Shown here: piece after piece, positions 27,142 to 40,396 of the stretch
How the letters are laid out: every line of letters begins with the position of its first letter
Numbering within the stretch: position 1 is the first letter of the stretch
NCBI RefSeq assembly: GCF_006345805.1
Contig: NC_043002.1
Span: forward strand, 117,242,001-117,306,000
Direction: 5' to 3'
DNA length: 64,000 bases
DNA from: Octopus sinensis
Lineage: Eukaryota
Notes under the pieces: generated by a model
The model's input: only the letters and a program-made list of their open reading frames with translations
Databases searched by the model: none
Told to the model about the DNA's origin: nothing
Translations under genes and position numbers: made by a program

Positions 27142-27752
27142 TTTCTCACAGGTTCAGCGAAACATAGAGATTGTCCAGTAAAACAAGTGTAGATACAAAA
27201 AACTAGAACACATGAAATGAAAAACAAAGGGAGTTTGTCTCAGCTGATTATTATGTAAATTTAAAACAAACGTTGAACGAAGAAATAACTTTCTACAGTG
27301 GATTATTATTAAATTTTGCCTAAACTATTCTGTCTCCTAATAATATAATAAAGGTATTTAAACAGTATGCTATTGCTAATTAAGAAATAAATTTCTTTTT
27401 TAATGACGCAGAACAACATTATTCTCTCTCCTCACATATATAAGAAACGAGAGAAAGTGTTATTACACATTTGCACTTCGACTTGAACAACTTCAACGAA
27501 TTATATATAAGCACACACATCTGCATACCCATGCATAACATGCGTTTACTGGGGACCTGTAAGGTGTAGTGTTTAAAAAAAACTGAAGTGCGTTAAGATT
27601 AATATTAAACATTGAATTTCGTAGTGATTTAGAGACACAATATCAATAACTACATGAGTTCTCTAGACGATTTTAAAAATATTCTATTGACTAACAATTG
27701 TTTTAGTAAGACTAGTTCTTCAGTAGATTTAGTATGATACAAACAAACATGC

Positions 27753-27782
27753 CTGGTTATCGATATCCTCCTCCTCAGCCAT
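27753..27782 (-). CDS. PEX14: PEX14 probable coding exon 1 (MAEEEDIDNQ)
   Basis: ggaagataATGGCT start context in a CpG-containing block. Ten codons end at CAG|GCATGT (GC donor, phase 0), matching the phase-0 exon at 5022. A short acidic first exon fits PEX14 structure. Confidence 0.7.
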
Positions 27783-27900
27783 TATCTTCCACCGGTTGTT
27801 GTTTACATGTCAATCAACTCAGGTGCATGAAATGTATTAACGAACACGTGTTTCCACAGGCAACTAGTTACCTCCCTTGCTCTCATTTCGTGTTTTTATG
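27783..27900 (-). promoter_or_regulatory. Putative PEX14 5' UTR/core promoter
   Basis: Directly upstream of the ATG. CACGTG at 27845-27850. The 26000-28600 region is visibly richer in CpG than the intron. Confidence 0.3.
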
Positions 27901-29284
27901 TTTAAAAGACCAATATTTACCTAAACATTAGGAGGCGAGCTAGCAGAATCGTTAGCACTCCGGACAAAATGTTAAGCGACATTTCGTCCGTCTTAACGCT
28001 CTGAATTCAAATTCCACCGCGGTCGATTTTGCCTTTCATCCCTTCGGGGTTGTTGATAACATAAGTACCAGTTGAGCATTGGAGTCAATGTAATTCACTT
28101 GCCCCTCCACCGAACTTGCTGGCTCTGTGCCAATATTTACCTTTTTGCTGAACTATATTTTGTCGATACCTAGACTTTTATTTGTATCAGTCGTTCGTCT
28201 GCGGCTATGCTGGGGTTCCGCAGTGAAGGGTTTTAATCGAACGTATCGACCCCACTACTTCTTTTAAGAACGTAAACAAACCAACACCTGTCGTGAAGCA
28301 GAAGCACAAACGCAAAAGTGCGTGCGCGCGAAGGGCTTTTTTTAGTTTCCGTCTACCACATCCTTCATTAACAAGGCGTTGGTCGGCCCAGGGCTAAAGT
28401 AGAAAGCATAAAGTGTCACAGTGGGACTGAACCCGGAACCATATGGTCGAGAAGCAAACTTCTAATCAATAATTTCTTCGAATATTGGTGATTATGCATT
28501 TCTATAGATGTGAGGCAAAAGGCCTCACATTTATGGAGTCTGCTTAATTTATTTTAGTGAGCAATAGGTACAAAATGAAAGAATGATCCCAGCGATACAG
28601 AGAATATTATTAAAACGTCTTCACTTTTAGATCATCATCATCATTGTTTAACGTCCGCTTTCCATGCTGGCATGGGTTGGACGGTTCAACTGGGGTCTGG
28701 CAAGCCAGGAGGCTGCATCAGGCCCAGTCTGATCTGGCAGTGTTTCTTCAGCTGAGTGAGTGTAGTGGGTGCTTTTTACGTGCCACTGGCACAGGTGCCA
28801 GACGAGGCTGGCAACGGCTACATTTGGATGGTTCTCTTACGTGCCACTGGCACTGGTATCACAACTACAATTTCCATTTATTTTGATCGATTTCGTTTTC
28901 ACTTGCCTCGACAGGTCTTCACAAGTAGAGTTTTGTGTCCCAAGAAGGAAAGGTATGCATAAGTGGACTGGCTACATCCCAGACAGAGGCCACAGGTCAT
29001 GGTCTCACCCGCCTGCCGGATCCTCCCACGCACAGCATACTTCCAAAGGTCTCGGTCACTAGTCAGACCTTTGGAAGTATGCTGTGTGCGAGAAGACCCG
29101 GCAGGACAAGTGAGACCTATATATTAAATGTAAACCTGTACATCAGGAAATATATAGACAGATAGAAAGAAGGACGCTTCTTTGTTTCCAAGATCACTAT
29201 ACAATGTAAGTATCTATGTTATCAAAAGAATTCGTTTTCCACATCAAGAATTAAAATGAGGTACTATTTTAATGTTCAGTATAT

Positions 29285-29432
29285 CAGTCAAATCTCCCTC
29301 AAATCAAATCCTACCAGTTTAAATAAAAGGAGACATTAAATAGTGCCAAACCTTGCCTGGCGAAAAGATAGGAAAGTTACAAGGAGAACTAGAGCTGAAC
29401 TGTGGGCTAAACAACAGCAACCACTAAATACG
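29285..29432 (-). repeat. 148-bp inverted repeat, right arm
   Basis: Reverse complement of 26994-27141. Confidence 0.85.
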
Positions 29433-29750
29433 TTTTTCTATCAGGGCACACTGGGAAGTTGCCTAGGAACCTAATTTTAATCCATGTAGGATGTGGTTTG
29501 TTGTCAAATGCTGCTTTTGACATCTAGACTCCTTGCAGAGTTTTGAGAGCAGGTGACTCATTCACACATCTCACTTCTTGCCAGGCAGAATATTGAGGTA
29601 GCTGAGGGATATACATCTCCATTTTTGTTATGTCCACCAACTCAAATAGATGATCAAGAACCACCATCACCAAGACGATAGCACAACTGTTTTCATATAT
29701 ATTAGGAAAGCCATATGTTGCCATACCAATAACATGCTGTAAATTCAGAG

Positions 29751-29851
<101 letters not shown>

Positions 29852-31068
29852 CCAGTATGTAATTATTACTGTTGTTAACTGTAAAAGGTATCTTTATGTG
29901 CAATAAGAAATTCTGATGAATGTTTGTGAGTATTGTTCATTTACTTCTTCAGGTAGTCCAAGAAACCTTTTTCATTCATTAATTCAACCCCCTACCACAG
30001 CAGCATTGATGAACTGCTACAATATACTAGTGACATCCAATGACACTGTCTGCAACAACTATGGCACAGCCAAACAACATTCTGATCATTGGTGACAACG
30101 GACATTCATCTCCTCAACATTTGGTAATATTCAACTGAGAAATATCCAGCAAGAGCTGTTAGAAGAGACCTGATTCGTTAAGTGCCAGAACATCAACTCA
30201 TCCTAACAACCACAACAAAAAGAAAAGGTTAAAGGGGGAAAAGGCCATCACATATACAATTCTTAAAGCAATCCTTACCTCAACAAGCTATGTCATTGAG
30301 AAGACCCTTGCTTGAAATAGCATTCAAATCTACCCTTTGGATTTGAGGAAAGTCTCTTCTTCTCCCAAATATGATTCCAGAGTGAAATTTATTCAGGACT
30401 TCCTAGGTTCACTCTAACGGCCAATATTTAATCTTTTCAAATTCTTTCATTGGCATCGTTCCAACAAATTTTCATTTTAAATATGGCAACTTTACATGAT
30501 ATTAAGGATATTTCCTCTTCAAATTCTTCTTACACAGAAGTTTATGCTCTTACTTTCATCTCTTACATTTCCTCTGAATTGCAATTTTTCATAAGATGAT
30601 CAAAGACTTTCAGTCACTGATAGACCAGTGTGTTGGCTCTTTCCTCATTATTTTGTGTGCTCAGTTCTCATGGCTGGGAGCCTTCGAGTTGTTCATTCAA
30701 CACATTGAACTATGCCTTTACAAATTAGCTGCTTAGATGCAGGGACTCATCAGCCTTCTTTTGTCAATAACTCACACTGTTCTAAAAAGGAAGACACTTC
30801 ATCATGTACACCATGCTCCAACTAATGACCAATGCATTATAATCTGACATGAATGAATACAAGATGGCGTAGACTCAGCAAATACTTTTATTATATTTCA
30901 CAGTTTATTGTGAGTACATGGCATATCAAGGGTACTGAAAGATTTCTCCAGAAATAACAGCTAACATGGCCCAAACAGTCATATTTCCCAGCCCAGTAGA
31001 ACAACAAATTACAACCAAACTATTTTGCACACATGACGTTTAGAAAGAGTCTTTCTAGAAATTTTCTG

Positions 31069-31490
31069 GGATCTTTTCGGTTTGAATGGCAGTTTTTAAC
31101 ATAATTTCTAGGTAACTAAAAAATTTAAAACTTCATATACTGGTAGAATGTGTTTATAAAACATCTTTTTCTCTTGGCTTTATTGAGAAAATTCTATAGT
31201 TTGTAAGATATTTGTTGTGTCTTTTTCTTCAATTTCTGAAATTTCAACCAATCAGTGACGTCCATTGAGGTAAAAAAAAAACATTCTGTGCCGTATGAAT
31301 ATGTCCCTCGTTTAAGAAACAGATTGGGTTTATTTACATTTCTGAAGAAAAAAAGATACCCTTCCCCCCACCCCTAACCCTAACCCTAAAACAGATTGAA
31401 ATGCAATAGATCGATTCTAGGGTCATAATTATGGGTGACAATTTCATATGACACTGCAAGAAAAAACTGCCATTCAAACCGAAAAGATCC
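31069..31490. mobile_element. MITE with ~28-bp TIRs and probable 8-bp TSD (hAT-like)
   Basis: GGATCTTTTCGGTTTGAATGGCAGTTTT ... AAAACTGCCATTCAAACCGAAAAGATCC; flanks ATTTTCTG and ATTTTCTA (7/8 match). Confidence 0.7.
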
Positions 31491-33440
31491 ATTTTCTATG
31501 CATGTTTTTGTTTACTTTTTAAAAAAGTAAATAAAATAGGCTTGTCCTGTAAACATCATTCATTCACAAACACTTTTATATCCTTGCAGCAGACATGTCC
31601 AAAGTTAACAATTATTTTTGCAGATTTCAATTGTAGTCAATTCCACACATGCCTGCATATTCCATGGTATTCCATATTCCAGAGCAATAAAACATCATCT
31701 GTGCATCACTTTTATTCAGTGTTCTCATAACTTTCATTTCTAAGAAATATTTTTTCTATTTGCATGTGTTTTGCATCTCAACACAATTTTGCATATTTGA
31801 ACTCTGAGCACAGACATTTTATTTGCTTCCACCTTTTTGAATTTGTATTTTGTATTTCAATATTTGACTTATTTGTTGTATTGATAGTTCATCATCCTCA
31901 TCATCATCATTTAATGTCTGCTTTCCATGCTGGTATGGGTTGGATAGTTTGACATGGAACTGGCCAGACTCCAGTTGTCTGTTGTGGTATGGTTTCTATG
32001 GCTGGATGCCCTTCCAAATGCCAACCACTTAGGAGAGTGTACTGGGTGCTTTTTACATGCCACTGGCATGGGTGCATCTACACAGCACCAGCATGGGTGT
32101 GTTAATGCAGCATCAGAATGGTTAGTTTTTATGTGGCACCAGCACCTGAAAGGACAAGCCTGTACATGTGGAAGACAGTGATTTTACAGCAAATCACCCC
32201 ATCTCCCAGTCCCTTGTCATTTCTTCAGTGAGGCCAACCAGCCAAAGATCCTTTCTCATCACTTTGTCCCATGTCTTCCTGGGTCTACCCCTTCTACAGC
32301 TACCAAAAATTTGGACTTCACTCAAGTCTACATGCACTATTCTCTTTTTAAGTAAATCCTCTTTTTATTGTTTCATTCTCTTACATTTCATGTAAAGAAC
32401 TGGGAGAAGAGTAATTTTACCAGTTATTTGAAACCAAACCATTATGACTGAACCACATGATCAACATAATAAGCAACCAATTAATGTCAAGCTGTTGCAT
32501 GATCTACTCTTCTAGAATATTTTTTTTTGTACCCTATAAAATGCTGCTTTTGGCAACTATCCTTTTTGCAGAGTATTGAAAGCTGCCAGCTCATTCACAC
32601 ATCTCACCTCTTGCCAGGCAGAACGTTGAGGCTACTGGACAATATTTCTCTCCATTCTTGTTACATCAGAGAGCTCAGACAGGTGACCAAGAACAGCTGT
32701 TACCACAAACATAGTACACTTGTTTTCAAATATGCTGGGAAAGCCACATGTTGCCGTACCAATAGCTTGCGGTAAACTCAGAGCAGTAATCCTCTCCCAG
32801 TGTGTAATAATCATAAACTCACAGAAACCACATAATAAGAGTATAAGAGAATACAACAATACTGGCTGACATGCCATGGATGATAATTACTCGTTTATTT
32901 TGTCTGGGTATTCAATCTCTTAAACAACAGACAAGGCATAGCACACTTTATATTAGTTATAGACAAACTGCAACCCAAGGGACGTTCTGAATGTGGTGCC
33001 TAATGAAAAATTACTTGAATTTTTTAAGTAGTGCATTCACCTGATGATAAGTCATATCTTGTGCAGCCTGCTTCTCAAAATATAAAAAATTGCCTGTGCC
33101 TACTTTTTAATATAATTTTCATATGCATGCTTAGAGAGAGAAAGTACCTATACAATATAACAAAAATAATCAAACTGAGATATCATCTTGACAGGCAAAT
33201 GGTACAGTTTGTTCAGTCCAACTAGTTGTTCAATAGCACTGCCCTGTGAAAAGCACCCGGATACATCTGAACACTAATTAACTGAAGCAGGCATGGCTGT
33301 GTGGCAAGAAGCTTGCTTCCCAACCACATGGTTCCAAATTCAGCCCCACTGCATGGCATCTTAGGCAAGTGTCTTCTATGGTTGCCCCAAACTGATCAAA
33401 GCCTTATGAGTGGATTTGATAGAAACCCATTATATATATA

Positions 33441-34991
33441 CAGTACGTCCTGCATTATTAGGCAAATCAATCTTCTCTCTATAGATAAATAAATGTGTAT
33501 TCATTCAAAACCAGTTGTTTTCCCACTGACTGTTGGTGACACCTGTCTGTACACATTCTGTTAAAATAAATCAGATCTGGCAAACGAAAACAAATGGCAG
33601 CCATTATTGTGTTACAGCAACTTTTCTGCTGTCCCAAATTATTAGGCAGGTGCCCAACTTAAGTATCATTATGGGTCAGAAATGTGATCTTATTTCGAAT
33701 GAGAAGTCTACCATCGTGTCAGAGCTTGGAAAAGAAAAACAACTATAAGAATATAAAAAATACTGGAAAGAGATCACCGAACTGTGATGAAATTTGTGCA
33801 GTCTTTTATTTTCCGTTCAGTCAAGGGCAGATAAGGGTAAGTCAAGGGTTGCTTTGAATCATACTTTGTCACATGTGAAAAGGGAAGTTGTGCAGAACCC
33901 ATGTCTGACAGATAGAGAAGTCTTCAAACATTGTGGCAGGGAAGATGTATCGAAAATTACCAGGTGTCTCCTCTTGAAGCAGGCAGCCAAGAATGTTAAA
34001 CCTGTTACAAGGCCTCCCTCTGAAGGCTGTTCATAAGCAGAAGAGACTGAAATGGACTGAAGAATACATTAAGATAGATTTTTCAACAGTTCTGTTCACT
34101 GACGAATGCCATGCTACCTTTGATGGCTGGAGTAAAGGATGGGTATCAATTAGCAGAAACCGCCCTCATCGTTTGAGACTACAGCAGAAGGAGGTTGGGT
34201 CATGTTTCGAACTGGCATCATTGGTGGATGATGGCCAGGCCATGGAAAGTCCCAGATGGCATTAAAATGACATTGAAAACATATGTTACCTTCTTAAAGA
34301 ACTATTTCCAACTATGGTTCAGAAAGCAAAAACTTTCATTCAAGAGAAAGCTGGTCTACATGCAAGCTAATGCCCCATCTCATGCAGCAAAGAATTCTAA
34401 GAAACACCTGCAGCAAATAGGCTTCTCCGGAGGTCGTTTGATGGAGTGGCCACCTTGTTTCTCTGACTTGAATCTGATTGAGAAGCTGTGGAGTGTACTG
34501 GAGTGGCGTGTTTACCAAGATGATGGCAGTTTTCAAGTAAAGTTTCCCTCTAGGATGCTGTTGCTCAAAGCATGACACAAGAAGGTATTATCACCTTGAC
34601 GAATTCAAGGATCAGCATGTAAGGAAGGTTATTACATGTGGAGGATCAAACATTAAGAGCTGTATGACATCATAATCCCATGATTATTTTCATTCAAACA
34701 TATTATTAGGTTTATCGTTAAATCCTTTATGAATAATTTTTTCTTAAGCCTTTACTGTTGAATGAAATAAATCTTTGTTCTGACTCAGTCATCATTTTTA
34801 TTATACTTGCCCAATAATTTGTGACAGTGAAAATGTTGCCCAATAACAAAAATGGGCACCATTTGTTAGCGTCTGCTGAGATCCAATTTATTTTAACAGA
34901 ATGTGTGCAGATAGGTGTTGCCAACAGTCAGTGGGAAAACAACTGGCTTTGAACAAATATTCATTTATTTATTGAGAGGAGGTTGATTTGC
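33441..34991 (+). mobile_element. Decayed Tc1-like DNA transposon with long IR/DR-type TIRs; right end truncated
   Basis: TA|CAGT start. Transposase remnants VLFTDE, QANAPSH and EWPPCFSDLNLIEKLW (DD34E region). Inverted repeats at about 33495-33655 and 34800-34965 with internal ATTATTAGGCA direct repeats. Confidence 0.85.
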
Positions 34992-36753
34992 ATGTAATAA
35001 AAACCTCATAGGTAATTTCTATATACTATATTTACAATTATATACATAATTATATCAAAGGGATCGGAAAACCTCTCCACACACTCGACATAGATGCCAA
35101 ATGGCACTAAAAGCCACCTTATATCTCCTGTAGCGCAGGTTGTAAATGGGCAAATGAAAAATGATAAATACAATTTTCCAACTAATTGTGTATTGGACCA
35201 ATTTCGAGCTGAAAGTAATAAAATACTTACTGCTCTCTTCAGCACAAATATTCTGACGCATATAAGTACAAATATGTATACATACTCATACAAACATTAA
35301 AGCCACATAACCATATACATAAACTTGCACATATATACTAGTGAAAGTTGAATTTACATTTTCCATTTCAACCACATGCTATTTATCAAAATAATGTCGC
35401 AGCAAATGTGATTTTGATTAGCAGTGTAAAAGCCCGTGTGATGCCAGGTAATGAGAATGAGTCTCAGGTACATCACACATCCCTTACAATAAATATAAAA
35501 GAATGATACATATATATGCCAAAGGGAAAAAGAGAGACTCAACCAAGTAGAATGTTTAAGAGAAGATTTATTGATATGCTAACATGTGTGTCTGTGTGTG
35601 TCGTGTATACAGAATAATAGACAGGACATCATGAGTAAGTGTATGTGTGTATAGGCATGGATATGTGCACGTGTGTTAAGGACACATAAGAATAGCAATG
35701 AAGAAGAAGACAATGAAAAGTCTATAATGAGAAGTTAGAAGAATGAGAATACGAGCTCATAGTCAATCATACACAGTAGTTGAAAAATACTGTATCAAGA
35801 AGTTGTAGCCATAATGCTGAGCTGGTTGTGATAGATGTCGTACATGAAGTTGTGGTTATAATGATGCTGCCTGAGTCACTTGGTACAGGAGTTCTCATAA
35901 GTTGTATATTTGCTGTTGATCTATGGTGTTGATTCATGAACAATGAGGTATTGGAACCTGGGCGAGTTGCTTGTTGACTTGTATATATAGAGAAATGATG
36001 TTGACGATGTTATGAAGATGATGGTGGCGATGAAGAAAGAGATCACCATAATGCTACTGTTGGATGAAGTTGGTAAGTCTCAACATGGCTGTGGTGTCAT
36101 CGCTGGAACTGGCTGTGTCTTGTGTGGTCAGAGGCTAGACCTTAAAAGTTCTGAAACCAAAGACGTTGAGACAAGGAAAAACTGGGTTTTTATAAGGAGC
36201 TGTAAGCTCAAATCTGGACTGAGAACAAACTGTCTCACGTGATTTTATTTAGAGGCTCCGATTGGTTATACACTGCAAATTGGCGCAACAGAGTAAGAGA
36301 CAAATTGCACCAATACCAACCAATCAGAGTAATGGACATAATGGGGTCCAAATAGCAGCCAAAGGCTAGCTGTTACTTGCTATGTTCAAATGCATGTAAA
36401 TATAATAAAGGAGAGAGAAGAATTTCACTAGAATGTACGCTACGGAATTATTTCAATTCTTTATATGCTTAAGGATAAAATCACTTCAATGATTTCATCA
36501 AGTGTCCAGCATGTAATAAAAACCTCACAGGTAATTTCTATATACTATATTTATATACATAATTATATCAAAGGGATCGGAAAACCTCTCCACACACTCG
36601 ACATAGATGCTAAATGGCACTAAAAACCACCTTATATCTCCTGTAGCACAGGTTGTAAATGGGCAAATGAAAAATAATAGATACAATTTTCCAATTAATT
36701 GTGTATTGGACCAATTTTGAGCTAAAAGTAAAAAAATACTTACTGCTCTCTTC
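34992..36753. mobile_element. Unclassified element bounded by ~245-bp direct repeats (34992-35240 and 36511-36753)
   Basis: The repeats are about 95% identical by eye and start (A)TGTAATAAAAACC. The ~1.27 kb interior has no long ORF. Confidence 0.55.
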
Positions 36754-36802
36754 CTGTGTCTATATCTAGTGTGTGGAGAGGTTTTCCGATCCCTTTGATA
36801 TA

Positions 36803-39800
36803 AAACTCACAGCGAAGGGTCATATCGGAGTACCCTGCTCAGCAACTTACCTGTAGCTTGTACAGAACCTCAACACATCGAGGGAGTTGCTGAACCAGCC
36901 ACTCATGAATTAATAGCCATCGGAGTGCCAGAAGATGTGGTAGATCTGCAGGCATTCATTGGAAACACAGCTAGGGATCTCAGCTGTGTCCCTCCAAAAA
37001 GTGCTTCCCACCTTGGCCGACCGGGATCCAAACCCAGGCTGATCAGGCTGTTGTTTACGGGCTTTACTGAGGCGGGGACATTCCATCTGGCTGCTGATAG
37101 AGCTCGGCATGACAACATTATCAACTTTAGAACACGTCCTGGCTTACCACCCGATGTACGCCCAAAGCTAAGATATGTAGCTTCCCTAAATCGCAACTCT
37201 GTGCCACAGGAGAGTTTTAGCCTCTGCGATGATGGGCAGATCTGGAAATTTGTCAAGTCTGGTGAGTCGTGGATAAGGGATACCAGTTGGACTGAGCAGA
37301 CTACACCCACAACAACAACTGGCAATGCAAAAATCTTGGGAAACTAACCAAGAACAATCAGCCATCCCCCGTATATCATCATCTGAAATCCAGATATAAA
37401 CTGCTGTCCTTGAATGCCCGTAGTTTATGCAACAAGGTGCATCTTTTTGTCTCCTACGTCAAAAGTATCAACCCAGATTTCATCACAGTCACGGAAACAT
37501 GGGCACACTCTGCACTCTGTGATGGAGTTTTCAGCATAGCCGGCTACAACCTGTTCCGCAAAGACCGCATTAATCGCCGTGGAGGAGGTGTGATGAATTA
37601 TGTTCGATCAAATCTATCGGCAATCCCCTCTGATGATTTGAACCAATCTCAGCAGGAAGTATTTTTCTGCAACATACACATGACCATGTCAACACTTCTG
37701 CTCAGAGTCGTTTACCGTCCCCCAAATTATCGCCAAGACGCACAGCTTTTTGATATCCTCAGAGCTGCTGCCATGAAAACAGCCACGTATGTTTATATTG
37801 CGGGCGACTTCAATTTCCCTGAGATTGACTGGGAGGCCTTCCGTTGGCCGCAAAGTGCAGGCGATTTCCTTGAACTGGTGCTGAATTCAAATTGGTCCCA
37901 AGTTGTTACCTCCCCCACAAGTGGTAACAACACTTTGGATCTGCTACTTACCGCTTCTCCTGAAACAATAATTAGTGTCACTACCGAAGAACCTTTAGGT
38001 GACTCTGATCATTCCATGATCATGGCCGACTTGTCTCTGATTGGTTGTAACAAAAAACACAACCATCTTCAGACTGCCCGCTTTGACTGGAATAAAGCAA
38101 ACTGGAGCTCTTATTGTACTGAGCTGCAACGCCCAAACTGGCACAAATTTTATGCCTCTGGAGATGTGGACACTATACTCCAGAACATTCTGAATTCAAT
38201 ATGGACAGCATGTGCAGCATCAGTACCACGCAAGCACAAAAAACCACCCAATAGTGCAATTTGGGAGACTGTAGCAGTCCTACTTGCCAGGAAAGAACGC
38301 CGTAATGCTGAACAGGAATACAAATTGCACAAATCAGAGAGCAACAGGAAAAAGCGCAATAGGTCAGCCAACCACCTCAAGCAGGTGACAAAAAAGGCAG
38401 TGCTTGAATTTGAACAACGCATTGCAGCTAACCCTGACAGCAAAGTGTTCTGGAAGTATGTGCACTCAAAGCAGAGACCCCACTCTCCAGTTGGTCCCCT
38501 TTGCAATCCCCACACAGGACAGATTACTGGCAATCCCGAAGAATGTGCAGAAATCATTGCTGGATGCTATGCCGGCATCTTTACTGTCGAAGACCAAAAT
38601 GTTCCATCTTCATCACCACTGACATTGGACTCTATATCTATTATGCAATTTACACCAGCAATGCTGCAACACCACCTTAAGAATAAATGCAATTATGCCT
38701 TTCCTGGTCTTGATGGTGTTACATACCTACTTCTCAAACGCGGTGGGTACTTCCTTCTAAGCCAACTTTCTCTATTCTTCCAATTCTGTCTTGACAATGG
38801 TGTTACTCCAGAACAGTGGAAAACTGCCAGTGTCATCCCTCTGTTCAAAAAAGGTGACCGCACATCGCCTGTCAACTATCGCCCCATCAGTCTTACTAGC
38901 TGCATCGCCAAACTGATGGAATCCTGTATCAGAGAAACCCTCTGGAACTGCTGGAAGTCTCACAGCCTCATCCAGCCGTCACAATTCAGATTTATTCCTA
39001 ACTCCAGCTGCCGTAATCAACTCATCGAGTTTCTTGAGGACGTTACCCAAATCACTGATCGCGGATTCTGGGTGGATGTTGTTTACCTGGACTTTGCTAA
39101 GGCTTTTGACTCTGTGCCACACAAAAGACTTATGGTGAAACTCTCTGCATCGGGTTTAAGAGATGATCTCTATAACTGGTTGAAGTCCTTTATTTTCGGC
39201 CAAAAAGAGGTTGTCACAGTTCTAGGACAGCACTCTTCACCCTATGAGATGACATCTGGTGTAACACAGGGATCTGTTCTTGGCCCCCTTTTATTTGTTG
39301 CATATGTTAATGACATAGATGCCAACTTAAAGAAAGCCACAGTACTGAAATATGCAGATGACATCAAGCTGTACCTCGAAATAAAGAGGACAGATCCTGT
39401 ACACTATAGATCTCTATTGCAAGCAGACCTGGACACAATGCAGCAGTGGATCATGGAGTGGCAACTCAAGCTGGCTGTGGACAAATGCATTTTGGGAGGA
39501 GAAACCCAGCGTCTACTTACTCCCTCCACAACACTAGTCTCAAAAAGTCTTCATGTGAACGTGACCTGGGTGTTATTGTTGACAGTGATTTGCGTCGGAC
39601 AAAACACATCGCTAAAATTGTCAAGAAGGCTGAGGGTGTTTTGGCATCACTCACCAAGTCCTTTGTGAGCCGCTCTCCGGCTATCTATCTGCGGCTTTAT
39701 ATAGCTATGGTAAAACCTCATTTGGAATTTGCATCACCGGTCTGGAACCCCTATTTTGCCCAGGATATCAATCGTCTGGAAGCTGTTCAGCGACGTGCAA

Positions 39801-40310
39801 CCAAAAGAATACCCTCCATCAGGCATTTGCCATATCCTGAACGCCTTACTTCCCTGGGCATGGACACATTGAAACTCCAATGTCTGGCAGCTGACTTGGC
39901 AGACACCCATAAAATTATCAACCATCGTACAAACAATAACTCTAAGCACCTTTTCAAACTCCACCCATCTAACACCCGTGGACATATTTACAAAGTCAGA
40001 AAACAGCACAGCTCCCATGACTTCAGGAAACATTTTTTCACGCTGAGAGTTGCTGAAGCATGGAACAAACTGCCGGCATCAGTTGTTAGTTGTCGGAGCA
40101 CTGCATCCTTCAAAACTTCCATGCTTTCTGAGATTCGCCAACACTACACCTGATTTTCTCCCCTCCATACACACACAAGCATGTATCTGACTCATACATT
40201 GTTCGCTTTCCAGACACTTTTACATTACTGCATGTACTTTATATGCACTTTCTGACAAGTTGTGGCGCACCTGAGCACTGTATACAATAATTTCATTATT
40301 AATATTATAA
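36803..40310 (+). mobile_element. Near-intact, 5'-truncated CR1-type LINE (ORF1 C-terminus, APE endonuclease + RT ORF2, ATT-rich tail)
   Basis: ORF1 frame is open from about 36805 to 37347. ORF2 (37410 to about 39490) carries LNARS, GDFN, DLLL, SDH, NYRPISLT, KAFD, GVTQGSVLGP and YADD; it frameshifts near 39490 and continues in the 39446-40153 frame. Confidence 0.92.
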
Positions 40311-40356
40311 TGAGCAAAGAAAAAATAAAATAATCATGTATATAAATGTAAATATA

Positions 40357-40396
<40 letters not shown>

